A DNA stretch of 64,000 nucleotides from a virus, in IMG/VR virus record IMGVR_UViG_3300044980_000010, positions 39,947-103,946 of that record. One strand, written 5' to 3'. The position numbers were made by a program, and so were the translations under genes. Below, piece after piece: positions 38,156 to 46,769 of the stretch; the first letter of the stretch is position 1, and each line of letters starts with the position of its first letter. The notes beneath the pieces were generated by a model. The model did no database searches. It was not told the DNA's origin and saw only the letters and a list, made by a program, of their open reading frames with translations.

Positions 38156-39696
38156 TTTGAATATCTCCGTTGGATTCTTCCATCCGGCCTTCGTACGATT
38201 GGTCCGATACGTAGGATCGGCCTAGGTGCAGCCTTCCTCTCCCTCGGCGTACATTCCGGCATGATAGTGACCGGGACCGCGCCTTCTCGTACAGGCAGTG
38301 TGTTCATGTCCACAGGCCACTTCTCTGCTGTGATCCTCATCCATTCCGGTTTGTAGGTTCCGGGGAGAAAGGTCATGTGCATCGCAATGGTATCGTCCTG
38401 TAGAACGTCGCTGTCGTAAGCGTACCGAGTGTCATGGTGACCGTAGATGCCGTGCTCTGCCAGAACCATGCCTACCCACTCATCATCGTGAGTGCTGGTG
38501 ACTGGTGCATTGGCGATGATCTCACACGCTTTTCGACTGAGCCAAAATCCCGGTCCTCCGTGCGCGTAAGGGTTGCCATTCCAAAGGTTCCCGATGTAGT
38601 CGTGACCTTTGAACTCGCTGGTGCTCAAGCGGTACACATCGACGTAAACATCGTCGCATGGAGTGAAGACGTAATCGTACCCTTCACGGATGGCGTATCT
38701 GCAAATCTCCCGCAGCTTGTAGGGCATGTGAAAATAATCGTCTGGACAAGGCACAATCTCTTCGTCGATTTTTGGTGTGATCTCTGTGATCACCTCTTGT
38801 CGTCTGCCTACATAACAGCTTCCGTACTCTGAAGTCTTTGTCACCGTGGTCTCATCGACAGGTGTGCCATCGCCAATGAAGAACCTGTACTCGTAGTTGT
38901 ACAGGCGCACGTCTTTTGCCCACGTGTCCCTTACTGCTTGATTGTCGCCGCGAATGGCATCGCGCACGCAACTGCGTATTGCAATCAGAACTTGGTTCTC
39001 CAAGAAGTTTCCGTCCGTTCCTCGTCCCCACTTTTTAGTGTAGGCTCTGCGGTTCATTTCAGCCAGAACGTCTTGATTAGGGAGGCGCTTGTAGCTAGAA
39101 CTGCACTCACCCTTTCCATGGCCGTGTTTTACGATGGAAGAGGAGGTGACGGCCAACTTGAAACCTTCGCTCTTAGCTCTGCGGCAGAAATCAACATCAT
39201 CACTGCCGTATCCTGTGAACCTCTCATCGAGAAACCCAACCTTCTCGAACACTTTTCTGGTGATGAGAACACAGACGAACGTTACGAACATGTCGTTCAC
39301 CACTTGCAGTTCCGCTTGCGGATATGCCTGTGCTGGGTTGCATGCGTAGCCTTCGATTGCTGGAGAAAGAATGCCAACTGAAGGGTTGGATTGAAGGGCC
39401 TCGTACATGCACCGCAACGTGGTGTCATGCGTGAAGATCACGTCATCGTTCAGCAACATCACAGCGTCCACTGCTGGGTCTTTTAGAGCCTCGCTGACGC
39501 CTTGGTTCACATTGCGTGCGTAGACGAACCCCTCAGGAGACCCTTGCAGGCAGAGCCAGTCAGGGTGCTGAGGGGTTGTGATCTCGTTCCCGTCGCGCAC
39601 CAGAATCTTGCGTACGCCGGGAGTGTTCGTGTTCAGGTTTTCGTAGCACACAGAGAAAATGTCTGCGTGCTTTGATGGGATTACGATTGCCAGCAT
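38152..39696 (-). CDS. GT2 + GT31 fusion glycosyltransferase
   Basis: YARNVNQG, LLNDD, LDERF.GYGSDDVD; then VRDTW, DDY...K, CDD, GGPGFWLS, DDEWVG. Confidence 0.8.
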   Translation of the reverse strand: MLAIVIPSKHADIFSVCYENLNTNTPGVRKILVRDGNEITTPQHPDWLCLQGSPEGFVYARNVNQGVSEALKDPAVDAVMLLNDDVIFTHDTTLRCMYEALQSNPSVGILSPAIEGYACNPAQAYPQAELQVVNDMFVTFVCVLITRKVFEKVGFLDERFTGYGSDDVDFCRRAKSEGFKLAVTSSSIVKHGHGKGECSSSYKRLPNQDVLAEMNRRAYTKKWGRGTDGNFLENQVLIAIRSCVRDAIRGDNQAVRDTWAKDVRLYNYEYRFFIGDGTPVDETTVTKTSEYGSCYVGRRQEVITEITPKIDEEIVPCPDDYFHMPYKLREICRYAIREGYDYVFTPCDDVYVDVYRLSTSEFKGHDYIGNLWNGNPYAHGGPGFWLSRKACEIIANAPVTSTHDDEWVGMVLAEHGIYGHHDTRYAYDSDVLQDDTIAMHMTFLPGTYKPEWMRITAEKWPVDMNTLPVREGAVPVTIMPECTPRERKAAPRPILRIGPIVRRPDGRIQRRYSK

Positions 39697-39707
39697 CTGA
39701 GTCTCCG

Positions 39708-40007
39708 TTACTTCTTTTCTTCTTCCACTTCTGCGATCTTGTCCCCGGTCTTTTTGAACATCTCCGTGAACTTCATAATGCCGTACGGTGATGCCGCAAA
39801 GGTTGCCAGAGCACCGATGATGAGAGGAAGACCACCTACCCAAACCTGTAGCTTGTCTACAGGCTGGCTCATCATGTGCCTGACCATCCACCAGATCAGA
39901 GCCATGGAAGATACCGACAACCACGCGCTGGTGATGCGAGAGGAACTGGGGCCGTTCTCATCGCTGAAGGCTTTACCTAGCCACGGCCAAACTTTACTAA
40001 TATCCAT
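39708..40007 (-). CDS. 2-TM holin-like membrane protein
   Basis: FSDENGPSSSR followed by two TM helices and a charged tail. Confidence 0.55.
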   Translation of the reverse strand: MDISKVWPWLGKAFSDENGPSSSRITSAWLSVSSMALIWWMVRHMMSQPVDKLQVWVGGLPLIIGALATFAASPYGIMKFTEMFKKTGDKIAEVEEEKK

Positions 40008-40015
40008 ATTCCTCC

Positions 40016-42034
40016 TTACGCCACTGTTATGCTTTTGTAAAACACATAAGTGTCTGACGTAGGTGTTGCCGGGGTATTAAGAATGTTAGTTGGGTTGGTG
40101 TTGTTTATACTGGAGTATATAGCACCAAGGTTAGCGTTAAACGGACCATTCTGCCAGTATCCGGGGTCTCCAGTTGTGTTGTCAAAGTAAATCAAAAGAT
40201 AGTAATCGTGATTTACGTCCACTTGGATGTTTATAGGATCAGTGGTCACAGTTGTGGTGTACGTAGCAGATGCAGAACCGCTGTTAAATGTTACTGGAAC
40301 TACTGAGGTCACTACTCCGCTGTCGGCAGGGCAAATTGCTATGCTGCATGCGTCTAGTTTTACAGTGTTTCCATTAAACGATGAGAGTGTAACTTTCCAA
40401 CTTGCAGGTAGACAAATAGCCATTCTACCTGAAAGCATATTAGAACAAGTGTTTCCACCAAAAGCACCCTGTGCAAAATTGCCTGTGCTCCAACCGCTAT
40501 ATGCTCCCAACCACACATTGCTGCCAGAGGTAGGTGTATTGACCCACTTTACACCTGAAACAGTCGATGACAGTTGCTGTCCGTATGTACCAACACTGCC
40601 TGTAGAGTCCTCAATGGGTCCACCAAAGTGAGAAGGCCCACCTGCAACCCATATTGAATAAGGGCTTGGTGTAGCTGGTGTTACAGGTTGATTCTCTATG
40701 TACAGTCCAAAATATGCACTAGCCACACCAGAAAATGTAAAATTCCCTGTATCGGCTGCTGGCCCGTAGTTGCTGTGGGAAAAATTTGCAACTACTGTAG
40801 TATTACTTGTTGTGCCTGTTACTTGCACTGTTTGGCCATTAAGGAATGTAGCTGTACCCACGTTGTAGAAGGTAATAAAATCGTTAACTTGAGCAAACCC
40901 AAAAGGGTTCAAACCTACGATTGTAAGTACTCCTCCTGAAACCTGAACAGAACTTATAGTTCCTTGTAGTTCATTTGTAGCTGCTTCCACATACAGCCCA
41001 GCATACTGCGTTATTCCTCCGCGCCCTAGGTTTACATGTGTCTGCACGCCTCGTGCTGTTCCTAGGTTTCCTCCGTGCGTAGTAAACTCTGCTTGATGGC
41101 CAATGGCTGTGGTGATTGGAGAACCGTAATCAAGATCACTTCCTATGTTAGATAGGAAAACTACCGCACTGCCCATTGTTCCTGCACCGTCATTGACTAC
41201 GCTTACGTTAACTCCGAACACATTTGCAACTGACCCGCTTGTAGAGGAGAATATATTCGCAGTAAAGGCTTGGATTGTGGAAACTGTGTCGGTAGCAGTG
41301 TGGTTTAAAGCTAGGCTTATACCTTCAATGCTTTGTGGCCCGTATACACCAGTCTCTTGATACTGTGCAGACCAAAATGTATAACTGTTATCGTCACCTG
41401 CCGCAGTGTTTTCGCACTTTAGGCTTGTCTTTAGTACTGTGTACCCGTTGTCGTCGTTTGAAATCTGACGTAGGTATATACCAGTATCCTGAGAAGTTCC
41501 TGAATCGCTGCCAATCAACAGTGTGGAGTTGGTGTAGTCCCAAGCAAACGCCGAGCTAGCAGCAAAAACTCCAGTACTGTTATATTGTATCTGCGTGTCT
41601 GCCCCAGCCGCTGCTCCCCCTCCGCTAATGGTTACTCCCCCTGCACCGTCTGCCGTTACAGAGATTTGTCCTGACCCTTTTATGTTTAGCAAAGACTGAA
41701 CTGTGTTGGGCACTCCGTTGGTTTGTAGAATAAGAGAACTGCCTGCTCCGGCACCAATGAGCTGATCTGGGAAAACTTGTTGTGTCTTACCGAACTGAAT
41801 CAGAACTATTGTGTAGAGTCCTGACGCCACATATCCGTAGGCGTGCCCGAAGCCATCAGCCACTAGCGGCTGCGTAATAGGAGTGACAGAGCCAGAATCA
41901 GCGTAAAGCTGTGCGAGTGGGCTAGGCGGTACTGTAGTGGTCACGGCAGGCTGTGTGCAGATATAGACCTGAGTCCCGGCTGCTGCGGGTCCAACTGCGG
42001 AACGGACCCATGTATCAAATCTTGCTAAAGGCAT
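40016..42034 (-). CDS. Tailspike/fibre with N-terminal head-binding-like domain
   Basis: LAQLYAD...TQPLVADGFG, GADTQIQYN fibre motif; lower GC. Confidence 0.7.
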   Translation of the reverse strand: MPLARFDTWVRSAVGPAAAGTQVYICTQPAVTTTVPPSPLAQLYADSGSVTPITQPLVADGFGHAYGYVASGLYTIVLIQFGKTQQVFPDQLIGAGAGSSLILQTNGVPNTVQSLLNIKGSGQISVTADGAGGVTISGGGAAAGADTQIQYNSTGVFAASSAFAWDYTNSTLLIGSDSGTSQDTGIYLRQISNDDNGYTVLKTSLKCENTAAGDDNSYTFWSAQYQETGVYGPQSIEGISLALNHTATDTVSTIQAFTANIFSSTSGSVANVFGVNVSVVNDGAGTMGSAVVFLSNIGSDLDYGSPITTAIGHQAEFTTHGGNLGTARGVQTHVNLGRGGITQYAGLYVEAATNELQGTISSVQVSGGVLTIVGLNPFGFAQVNDFITFYNVGTATFLNGQTVQVTGTTSNTTVVANFSHSNYGPAADTGNFTFSGVASAYFGLYIENQPVTPATPSPYSIWVAGGPSHFGGPIEDSTGSVGTYGQQLSSTVSGVKWVNTPTSGSNVWLGAYSGWSTGNFAQGAFGGNTCSNMLSGRMAICLPASWKVTLSSFNGNTVKLDACSIAICPADSGVVTSVVPVTFNSGSASATYTTTVTTDPINIQVDVNHDYYLLIYFDNTTGDPGYWQNGPFNANLGAIYSSINNTNPTNILNTPATPTSDTYVFYKSITVA

Positions 42035-42058
42035 TGTATCTCCTTGGGACTGCCTCCC

Positions 42059-42907
42059 TTACCATGAGAGGAATGTGAACTCGTTGTTGAGGTCGCCGTC
42101 GCTGTTGCCGTACGGGATGCGTGCGAAGTCTTGATTTTGCATCCGGCGAACGTTGGCGTTCTTCAACTGGAACATCTGATTTTTTGACTCTGCCAGTAGA
42201 TCAGCAAGCCCCGGTGATCCCAACATTCTTGCATACTTCACGGCTGTGAGGTAGGCGATTGCGTCTGTGCAATCTGGGATGGGCACGTATGTCGAATCGA
42301 AATCCAAATCCGAACTGAAGAACTGAGGCAGTGAGCAGTAGTAGCGAAGACGAATGTCGCGCTGTGTAGTTGCTCCTCTGAAGTTAAGCCGTCCATTGCG
42401 CCACTCCCACTGCGCGAAGATCGGACCTTGGAAGCAACTGTCCAAACCACCGGACGGTGCATCCATTAGAACAAAAGGATTATTGGTGCCAGTGCTGCGC
42501 TCCCAAACTTTTGTTGGGTATAAGCAGTCTGCCGGGAGAATGAGATTCGGCCATAGCTCAAGGCCATCGAAGTACCCCTCAGGTGCCAAGAACGTCTGCA
42601 CGGTGGGATCGCACTGCCCTAGTCCTTGAGATGGACTGTTGATTATAGGGAGGCCAGTGAGTATCACATTGTCTTTGATGAGCACTGGATCACCAACGTT
42701 GCGGAGTTCTCTGTAGACCTCTCGGATGGAACTGTTGAGGAACGGCTGGGTGAATGGTGAGATCGTTGGATCGTTCGTGAAGATTTGACCTTCACCGGGA
42801 GTGTCGGTCGCGCCTGCTTGGGTATCGTTCACCAAGGATCGTACGAGGTCCATGATCGTTGCTAAACTCGTGGTCTGTTGACCTACGTTGATTGTCGGGC
42901 TAGACAT
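42059..42907 (-). CDS. Head-tail adaptor-like protein
   Basis: LVRSLVND...FLNSSIRE...DAIAYLTA pattern; position. Confidence 0.6.
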   Translation of the reverse strand: MSSPTINVGQQTTSLATIMDLVRSLVNDTQAGATDTPGEGQIFTNDPTISPFTQPFLNSSIREVYRELRNVGDPVLIKDNVILTGLPIINSPSQGLGQCDPTVQTFLAPEGYFDGLELWPNLILPADCLYPTKVWERSTGTNNPFVLMDAPSGGLDSCFQGPIFAQWEWRNGRLNFRGATTQRDIRLRYYCSLPQFFSSDLDFDSTYVPIPDCTDAIAYLTAVKYARMLGSPGLADLLAESKNQMFQLKNANVRRMQNQDFARIPYGNSDGDLNNEFTFLSW

Positions 42908-42929
42908 GTTGTCTCCTATAAACTAACAA

Positions 42930-43087
42930 AGGGGAGTGGATCAAAGATTACGGCCACTGGACTCAGATCAGCGACGGGTCTTCTCTCCACTCCCCTAAGA
43001 TTGATACAGAAATAGCATGGCACCACCAAACCCCACCGAAGGCGGGGGACTCAGAACCCAGCGTTGCGGGTGGAGTCGGTAATGCCA
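42930..43087 (-). ncRNA. Tandem long-hairpin RNA with loops UUCUGAGUC and AUCUGAGUC
   Basis: Hand folding; G-U pairs favour the minus strand; loops are antisense to the recurring RBS motif. Confidence 0.65.
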
Positions 43088-43134
43088 AGATCGTGTTACC
43101 AAAATGTGCGCGGCGTTGTTCTGCCGCGACTGAC

Positions 43135-43950
43135 TTACTGCTGCACCTTTGGTTGCTTTGGTGCGTACTTCTCGTTTTCCGTCGCTTCGTAGGCTTGAGC
43201 GCGGCTGCGTACACCAGCCTTGATCGCTGCATCCCAATCCCCGACGCACAGGCCACCGCCTTCGAGGGCGTGGAACGGTGCTCCAACGTTTGCAGGCGAG
43301 CCGCAACGTGGGCAGTTCTCTTTGTGGACGGCCTTGTTGTGCCACGTGAACGTCTCGTGGAAGTAGTCCGCTGCGGCGTGATGCGCCGGACTCAGGACCG
43401 CTGACAGGCTCTGTGGGTTCGATACCTCAACCGCACGCGCTTCTTGCAGCAGGCTCTTGTAGTGTGCTTCCAAGCGCCGCGTTGCTGCCGCCAGTTCCTT
43501 CTCCGTTGGCTCTTCCTTCAGAGACCAGAACACTCCCAGCTTTCCAAGGTTGTTTCCAACCGTGAACGTCTGCGTGATCACAGCGTCCTGATCCAGTGAA
43601 AGGTTGTCAGGATTGATGATGTCCATCGCCATGCGCCGTCCGTCGATCACAACGATGTCGATGTCGTTGGAGTCGATGTTGCCCTTCGGGAACTTGAAGG
43701 GCGAAGGCAGCTTGGTGATTCGAGCGTATTTCTCGCTCTCAGCGCGAGCCGGGATGATCATTTCTTTGATCAGCGGCAGGCGCGATACTTTGTACTCCTG
43801 CTTTGCGATGTTGAACAGGTAGACGAAGAAATCGGCTGGACGACTCAACATATAATCTGCTGTTGAGAAGTTCCAATCGACGTTGTTCGCCCTAGTCATT
43901 GCCGTGCTGAGATCACCACGGGTAGTAGGTGCGCTACAGGTTGGTTCCAT
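43135..43950 (-). CDS. Hypothetical protein with C-terminal Zn ribbon; paralog of 45807-46571
   Basis: DGRRMAMDIINP.NL.LDQD shared. Confidence 0.75.
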   Translation of the reverse strand: MEPTCSAPTTRGDLSTAMTRANNVDWNFSTADYMLSRPADFFVYLFNIAKQEYKVSRLPLIKEMIIPARAESEKYARITKLPSPFKFPKGNIDSNDIDIVVIDGRRMAMDIINPDNLSLDQDAVITQTFTVGNNLGKLGVFWSLKEEPTEKELAAATRRLEAHYKSLLQEARAVEVSNPQSLSAVLSPAHHAAADYFHETFTWHNKAVHKENCPRCGSPANVGAPFHALEGGGLCVGDWDAAIKAGVRSRAQAYEATENEKYAPKQPKVQQ

Positions 43951-43985
43951 TGTGAGTCCTTCTGACGCTGTGCGTCATTCTGAGT

Positions 43986-44717
43986 TTATACCGGATCAGG
44001 AGATACAGAGAGACCGCGCCCGAGTCGGCTCGCGTTGGTCATCATCTTGTTCCAGTTCCGTTGCATCTGTTCGATCTTCTTGTCAACCAGAGCAGTTCTG
44101 CACCCCTGCTTCTGGTAGGACACTGCGTTGCCTTTGAATGCCAGAGAGTTTGATCGCATCACATCTTCAATCATGTCGATGTCTGCTTTGTCTTCTCTCT
44201 CCTTCAAATCATCCATCACAGCTTTGGTCTTTTCCCAACTGATGTCTTTGGCTTGTGTGATGATTGGCACTACCGTGTCCAGCAGGAACGTGTTGAGCGG
44301 CATCATTTCAAAGTACATCCTGCCGTTTCTCATCTCGCTCCAGCGTAGGTTGTACAGCATCTGGTATCGACCACTGTATGGGTACTCTCCCAGAGTTTGC
44401 AACCCAGAGTCTTCGTCGTAGTTCTGGACGTAGTAGAGTTCTGGTGTTCCATACTCAAGAGAGTCATGCCATTGCAGCAGCGCCCAGCATGGTACGCCAC
44501 CTCCGATTAGAAGGTCTCGGTATCCTGTGTAGGACACTTGATCTTCTCCGGCCCACGCACCGCCTGCGCGATACATGGAATGTGGGTCACCACCTTGCGA
44601 CCATACCAACAAAAAGTTTGGCTCGTCGTATCGGTTAACCCCTCCGATGTCTGTGAGGCGTTCTTGGAACTCCTCAGGGCATAGGTACTGCTGATAGCTA
44701 GCTGTTGGGCTGGGCAT
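43986..44717 (-). CDS. Hypothetical protein (head module)
   Basis: Long ORF, GGVNRYDEPNF.LVW. Confidence 0.7.
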   Translation of the reverse strand: MPSPTASYQQYLCPEEFQERLTDIGGVNRYDEPNFLLVWSQGGDPHSMYRAGGAWAGEDQVSYTGYRDLLIGGGVPCWALLQWHDSLEYGTPELYYVQNYDEDSGLQTLGEYPYSGRYQMLYNLRWSEMRNGRMYFEMMPLNTFLLDTVVPIITQAKDISWEKTKAVMDDLKEREDKADIDMIEDVMRSNSLAFKGNAVSYQKQGCRTALVDKKIEQMQRNWNKMMTNASRLGRGLSVSPDPV

Positions 44718-45054
44718 CTGTCGCCTGTCCCTGCTGTGGAGACTCCTCGTTAGGGGGCGTTGGGTTCTCTCCACGGGCTACTGCGGCTTTCAGCGCCGCA
44801 CGCTGTGCCTTCAACTGTTCAGTCTTGACCAGCACGTAGGCATCGACCTCTGTGCGATCCACGATGCCGAGTTTCTTTTCACAGATGAAGTTAATCAAGA
44901 TGGCTGCTGTGTCTGCCATTCCCATCAACTCGTTGTCGTTTGAGGCCAGCTTCATAAACAACTTATGAGCCTCGCGCCGCGTCATCGGTGCATCCCAGTA
45001 CTTATCGTAGGGTTGTGTGATGGGTGAATCGCTGCTGAGAATGAGGTTAGACAT
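44698..45054 (-). CDS. Hypothetical protein
   Basis: GGAAGG RBS, overlap with neighbours. Confidence 0.6.
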   Translation of the reverse strand: MSNLILSSDSPITQPYDKYWDAPMTRREAHKLFMKLASNDNELMGMADTAAILINFICEKKLGIVDRTEVDAYVLVKTEQLKAQRAALKAAVARGENPTPPNEESPQQGQATDAQPNS

Positions 45055-45790
45055 TGTTGCCTTCCAATCCCGGCTCAGAAGCAGCCGTTTCCCGCTCGAT
45101 TCCACGGACATCCTGTACACGCACTACGCGCAAACCTTCTGGGTCTGGCTCATAGTTCATCTGTACCGAGTCACAGAGGACTTTTACTTTCTCTTCGTCC
45201 ATGTGGAAGACTTCTGAGTTGTAGTCACCATAAGTGACCTTATCTCCCACGCAAACCACTTCGCTCATCTGAATGCGCTGCCCACCAAGGATTACGAACT
45301 GCCCTGTGGCCAAGACGATGCCGATGTTTGAGTGCTGCCTGTACTTTGCTGCGATGACCAGTCCTGTTTTCGTGTTGAGAACGCTTCCGTCCTCCATGAT
45401 CTTCATGTCTGGGCTGTCAGCACACCGCTTGATGAGGATGCGGTCGAGAATGGGTGTGAACGAGTCATACTTCTTCTCAGGCCATTTCTTTTCAGCTACA
45501 GGAGCGGCTTTTACTTCTTCCACTTCCTGCGAGTAGCTTCTGCGGCGGTCGATGACTTCGATTCCTGCCCCCAACTCTTCCACGAGGGCGATGGGCTGAC
45601 GCTCAAAGCGTTCACCCTTCAGAATCTTCTCGTCATACTCCGCGATATCTGCGTCTGTGACGCCGTACTTTTCCTTCACGATGTCCCGGCGAACCCTGAG
45701 ATCATACTCAAAGTCCGAAAGTTCACCACCACCCGCAGCAAACTGTGCGCTGCGTGCGCCGCGTGCCAATACATCTCCACCGTTGTTCAT
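45047..45790 (-). CDS. groES: Co-chaperonin GroES/Cpn10 with N-terminal extension
   Basis: TPILDRILIK, TKTGLVI, GIVLATG, VGDKVTYGDY, RVQDVRGI. Confidence 0.8.
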   Translation of the reverse strand: MNNGGDVLARGARSAQFAAGGGELSDFEYDLRVRRDIVKEKYGVTDADIAEYDEKILKGERFERQPIALVEELGAGIEVIDRRRSYSQEVEEVKAAPVAEKKWPEKKYDSFTPILDRILIKRCADSPDMKIMEDGSVLNTKTGLVIAAKYRQHSNIGIVLATGQFVILGGQRIQMSEVVCVGDKVTYGDYNSEVFHMDEEKVKVLCDSVQMNYEPDPEGLRVVRVQDVRGIERETAASEPGLEGNNV

Positions 45791-45806
45791 TGAGTCTCCT
45801 GAGTCG

Positions 45807-46571
45807 TTACCGAGTTGATCTCGGACCTTCTACGTAGTCCACTGCTGCCTTCACTTCCACCACGGGTACGCCAAGTGTTCCGGCTGCTGCTGTGATTCGC
45901 ACGATGTTTGCGCGATCAATAACTTCTTGGTAGTACTTCTTCAAACGCTTGTGTGCCGCCTTGATTTCTTTCTTCAAGGGAGGGTTGTGAGTAGAGAAGA
46001 ATACACCCTTTTTTCCGAAGTCGTTTCCTACAGCGGACGACCACTGCAAGTAAGAGGCTTGATCCTGATCTTGATCTAAGCCCAAGTTGGAGGGGTTGAT
46101 CAAGTCCATGGCAACCCTTCGTCCGTCCATGAAGAAGTAATCTGTCTCTCCACTCTCCACGTTCGGCTTTGGTTGCACCACAACTAGCGGAAGGCTTGTG
46201 GCTACCGTGTACTCTTCATCAGGAGGGCATGCTGGAATCTTCAACCTCTTGATGAGGGCGTTCCCTAAGCTGTGCTCTTGTCTGCTGATGTTGTAAATCC
46301 AAACTTTTTCTGCTCTGCCTAAGATGTCGAACAGATTCAACTGATTGATACACAGATCAGTGTGAAGGTTCGTTGAGTCAGTCATAGCTTTAGACAGTTG
46401 CTCGTCGCGCAACTTCGTTACAGTCATTGTGGCGACGATCTCTGAGTTTATTGAGGCGCTTTCACTTGGCAGCGGCTCGATTGGGTCAATGATCAGTTCC
46501 GCTGCTGATTGTCCGGCGATTAGGTTGTACATCTCGGCGGCTTTACTGCGGATTAGTTCTAGTCCAGTCAT
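45807..46571 (-). CDS. Hypothetical protein; paralog of 43135-43950
   Basis: DGRRVAMDLINPSNLGLDQD, GNDFGKKGVF. Confidence 0.75.
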   Translation of the reverse strand: MTGLELIRSKAAEMYNLIAGQSAAELIIDPIEPLPSESASINSEIVATMTVTKLRDEQLSKAMTDSTNLHTDLCINQLNLFDILGRAEKVWIYNISRQEHSLGNALIKRLKIPACPPDEEYTVATSLPLVVVQPKPNVESGETDYFFMDGRRVAMDLINPSNLGLDQDQDQASYLQWSSAVGNDFGKKGVFFSTHNPPLKKEIKAAHKRLKKYYQEVIDRANIVRITAAAGTLGVPVVEVKAAVDYVEGPRSTR

Positions 46572-46724
46572 CTGAGTCTCTTTTCCTTACCTAGAGTTTA
46601 CGTCTAACCGATGTTTTGGCTTCTATCCTCCCCGGCCAACCAGACCCGCACGTTTGCGCGAGAGGTCTGGGGCCAAGGAAATCGCTCGCTCCATCGCAAA
46701 ATGGCCGAGACGAAGATCGAGTAC

Positions 46725-46760
46725 AAAGCGTTAGGGGCCTGTTGCAACAAGCCCCTCGCT
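46725..46760 (-). terminator. Probable terminator after the capsid gene
   Basis: AGGGGCTTGTT-GC-AACAGGCCCCT followed by CTTTGT. Confidence 0.5.
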
Positions 46761-46769
46761 AGGGTTCCA

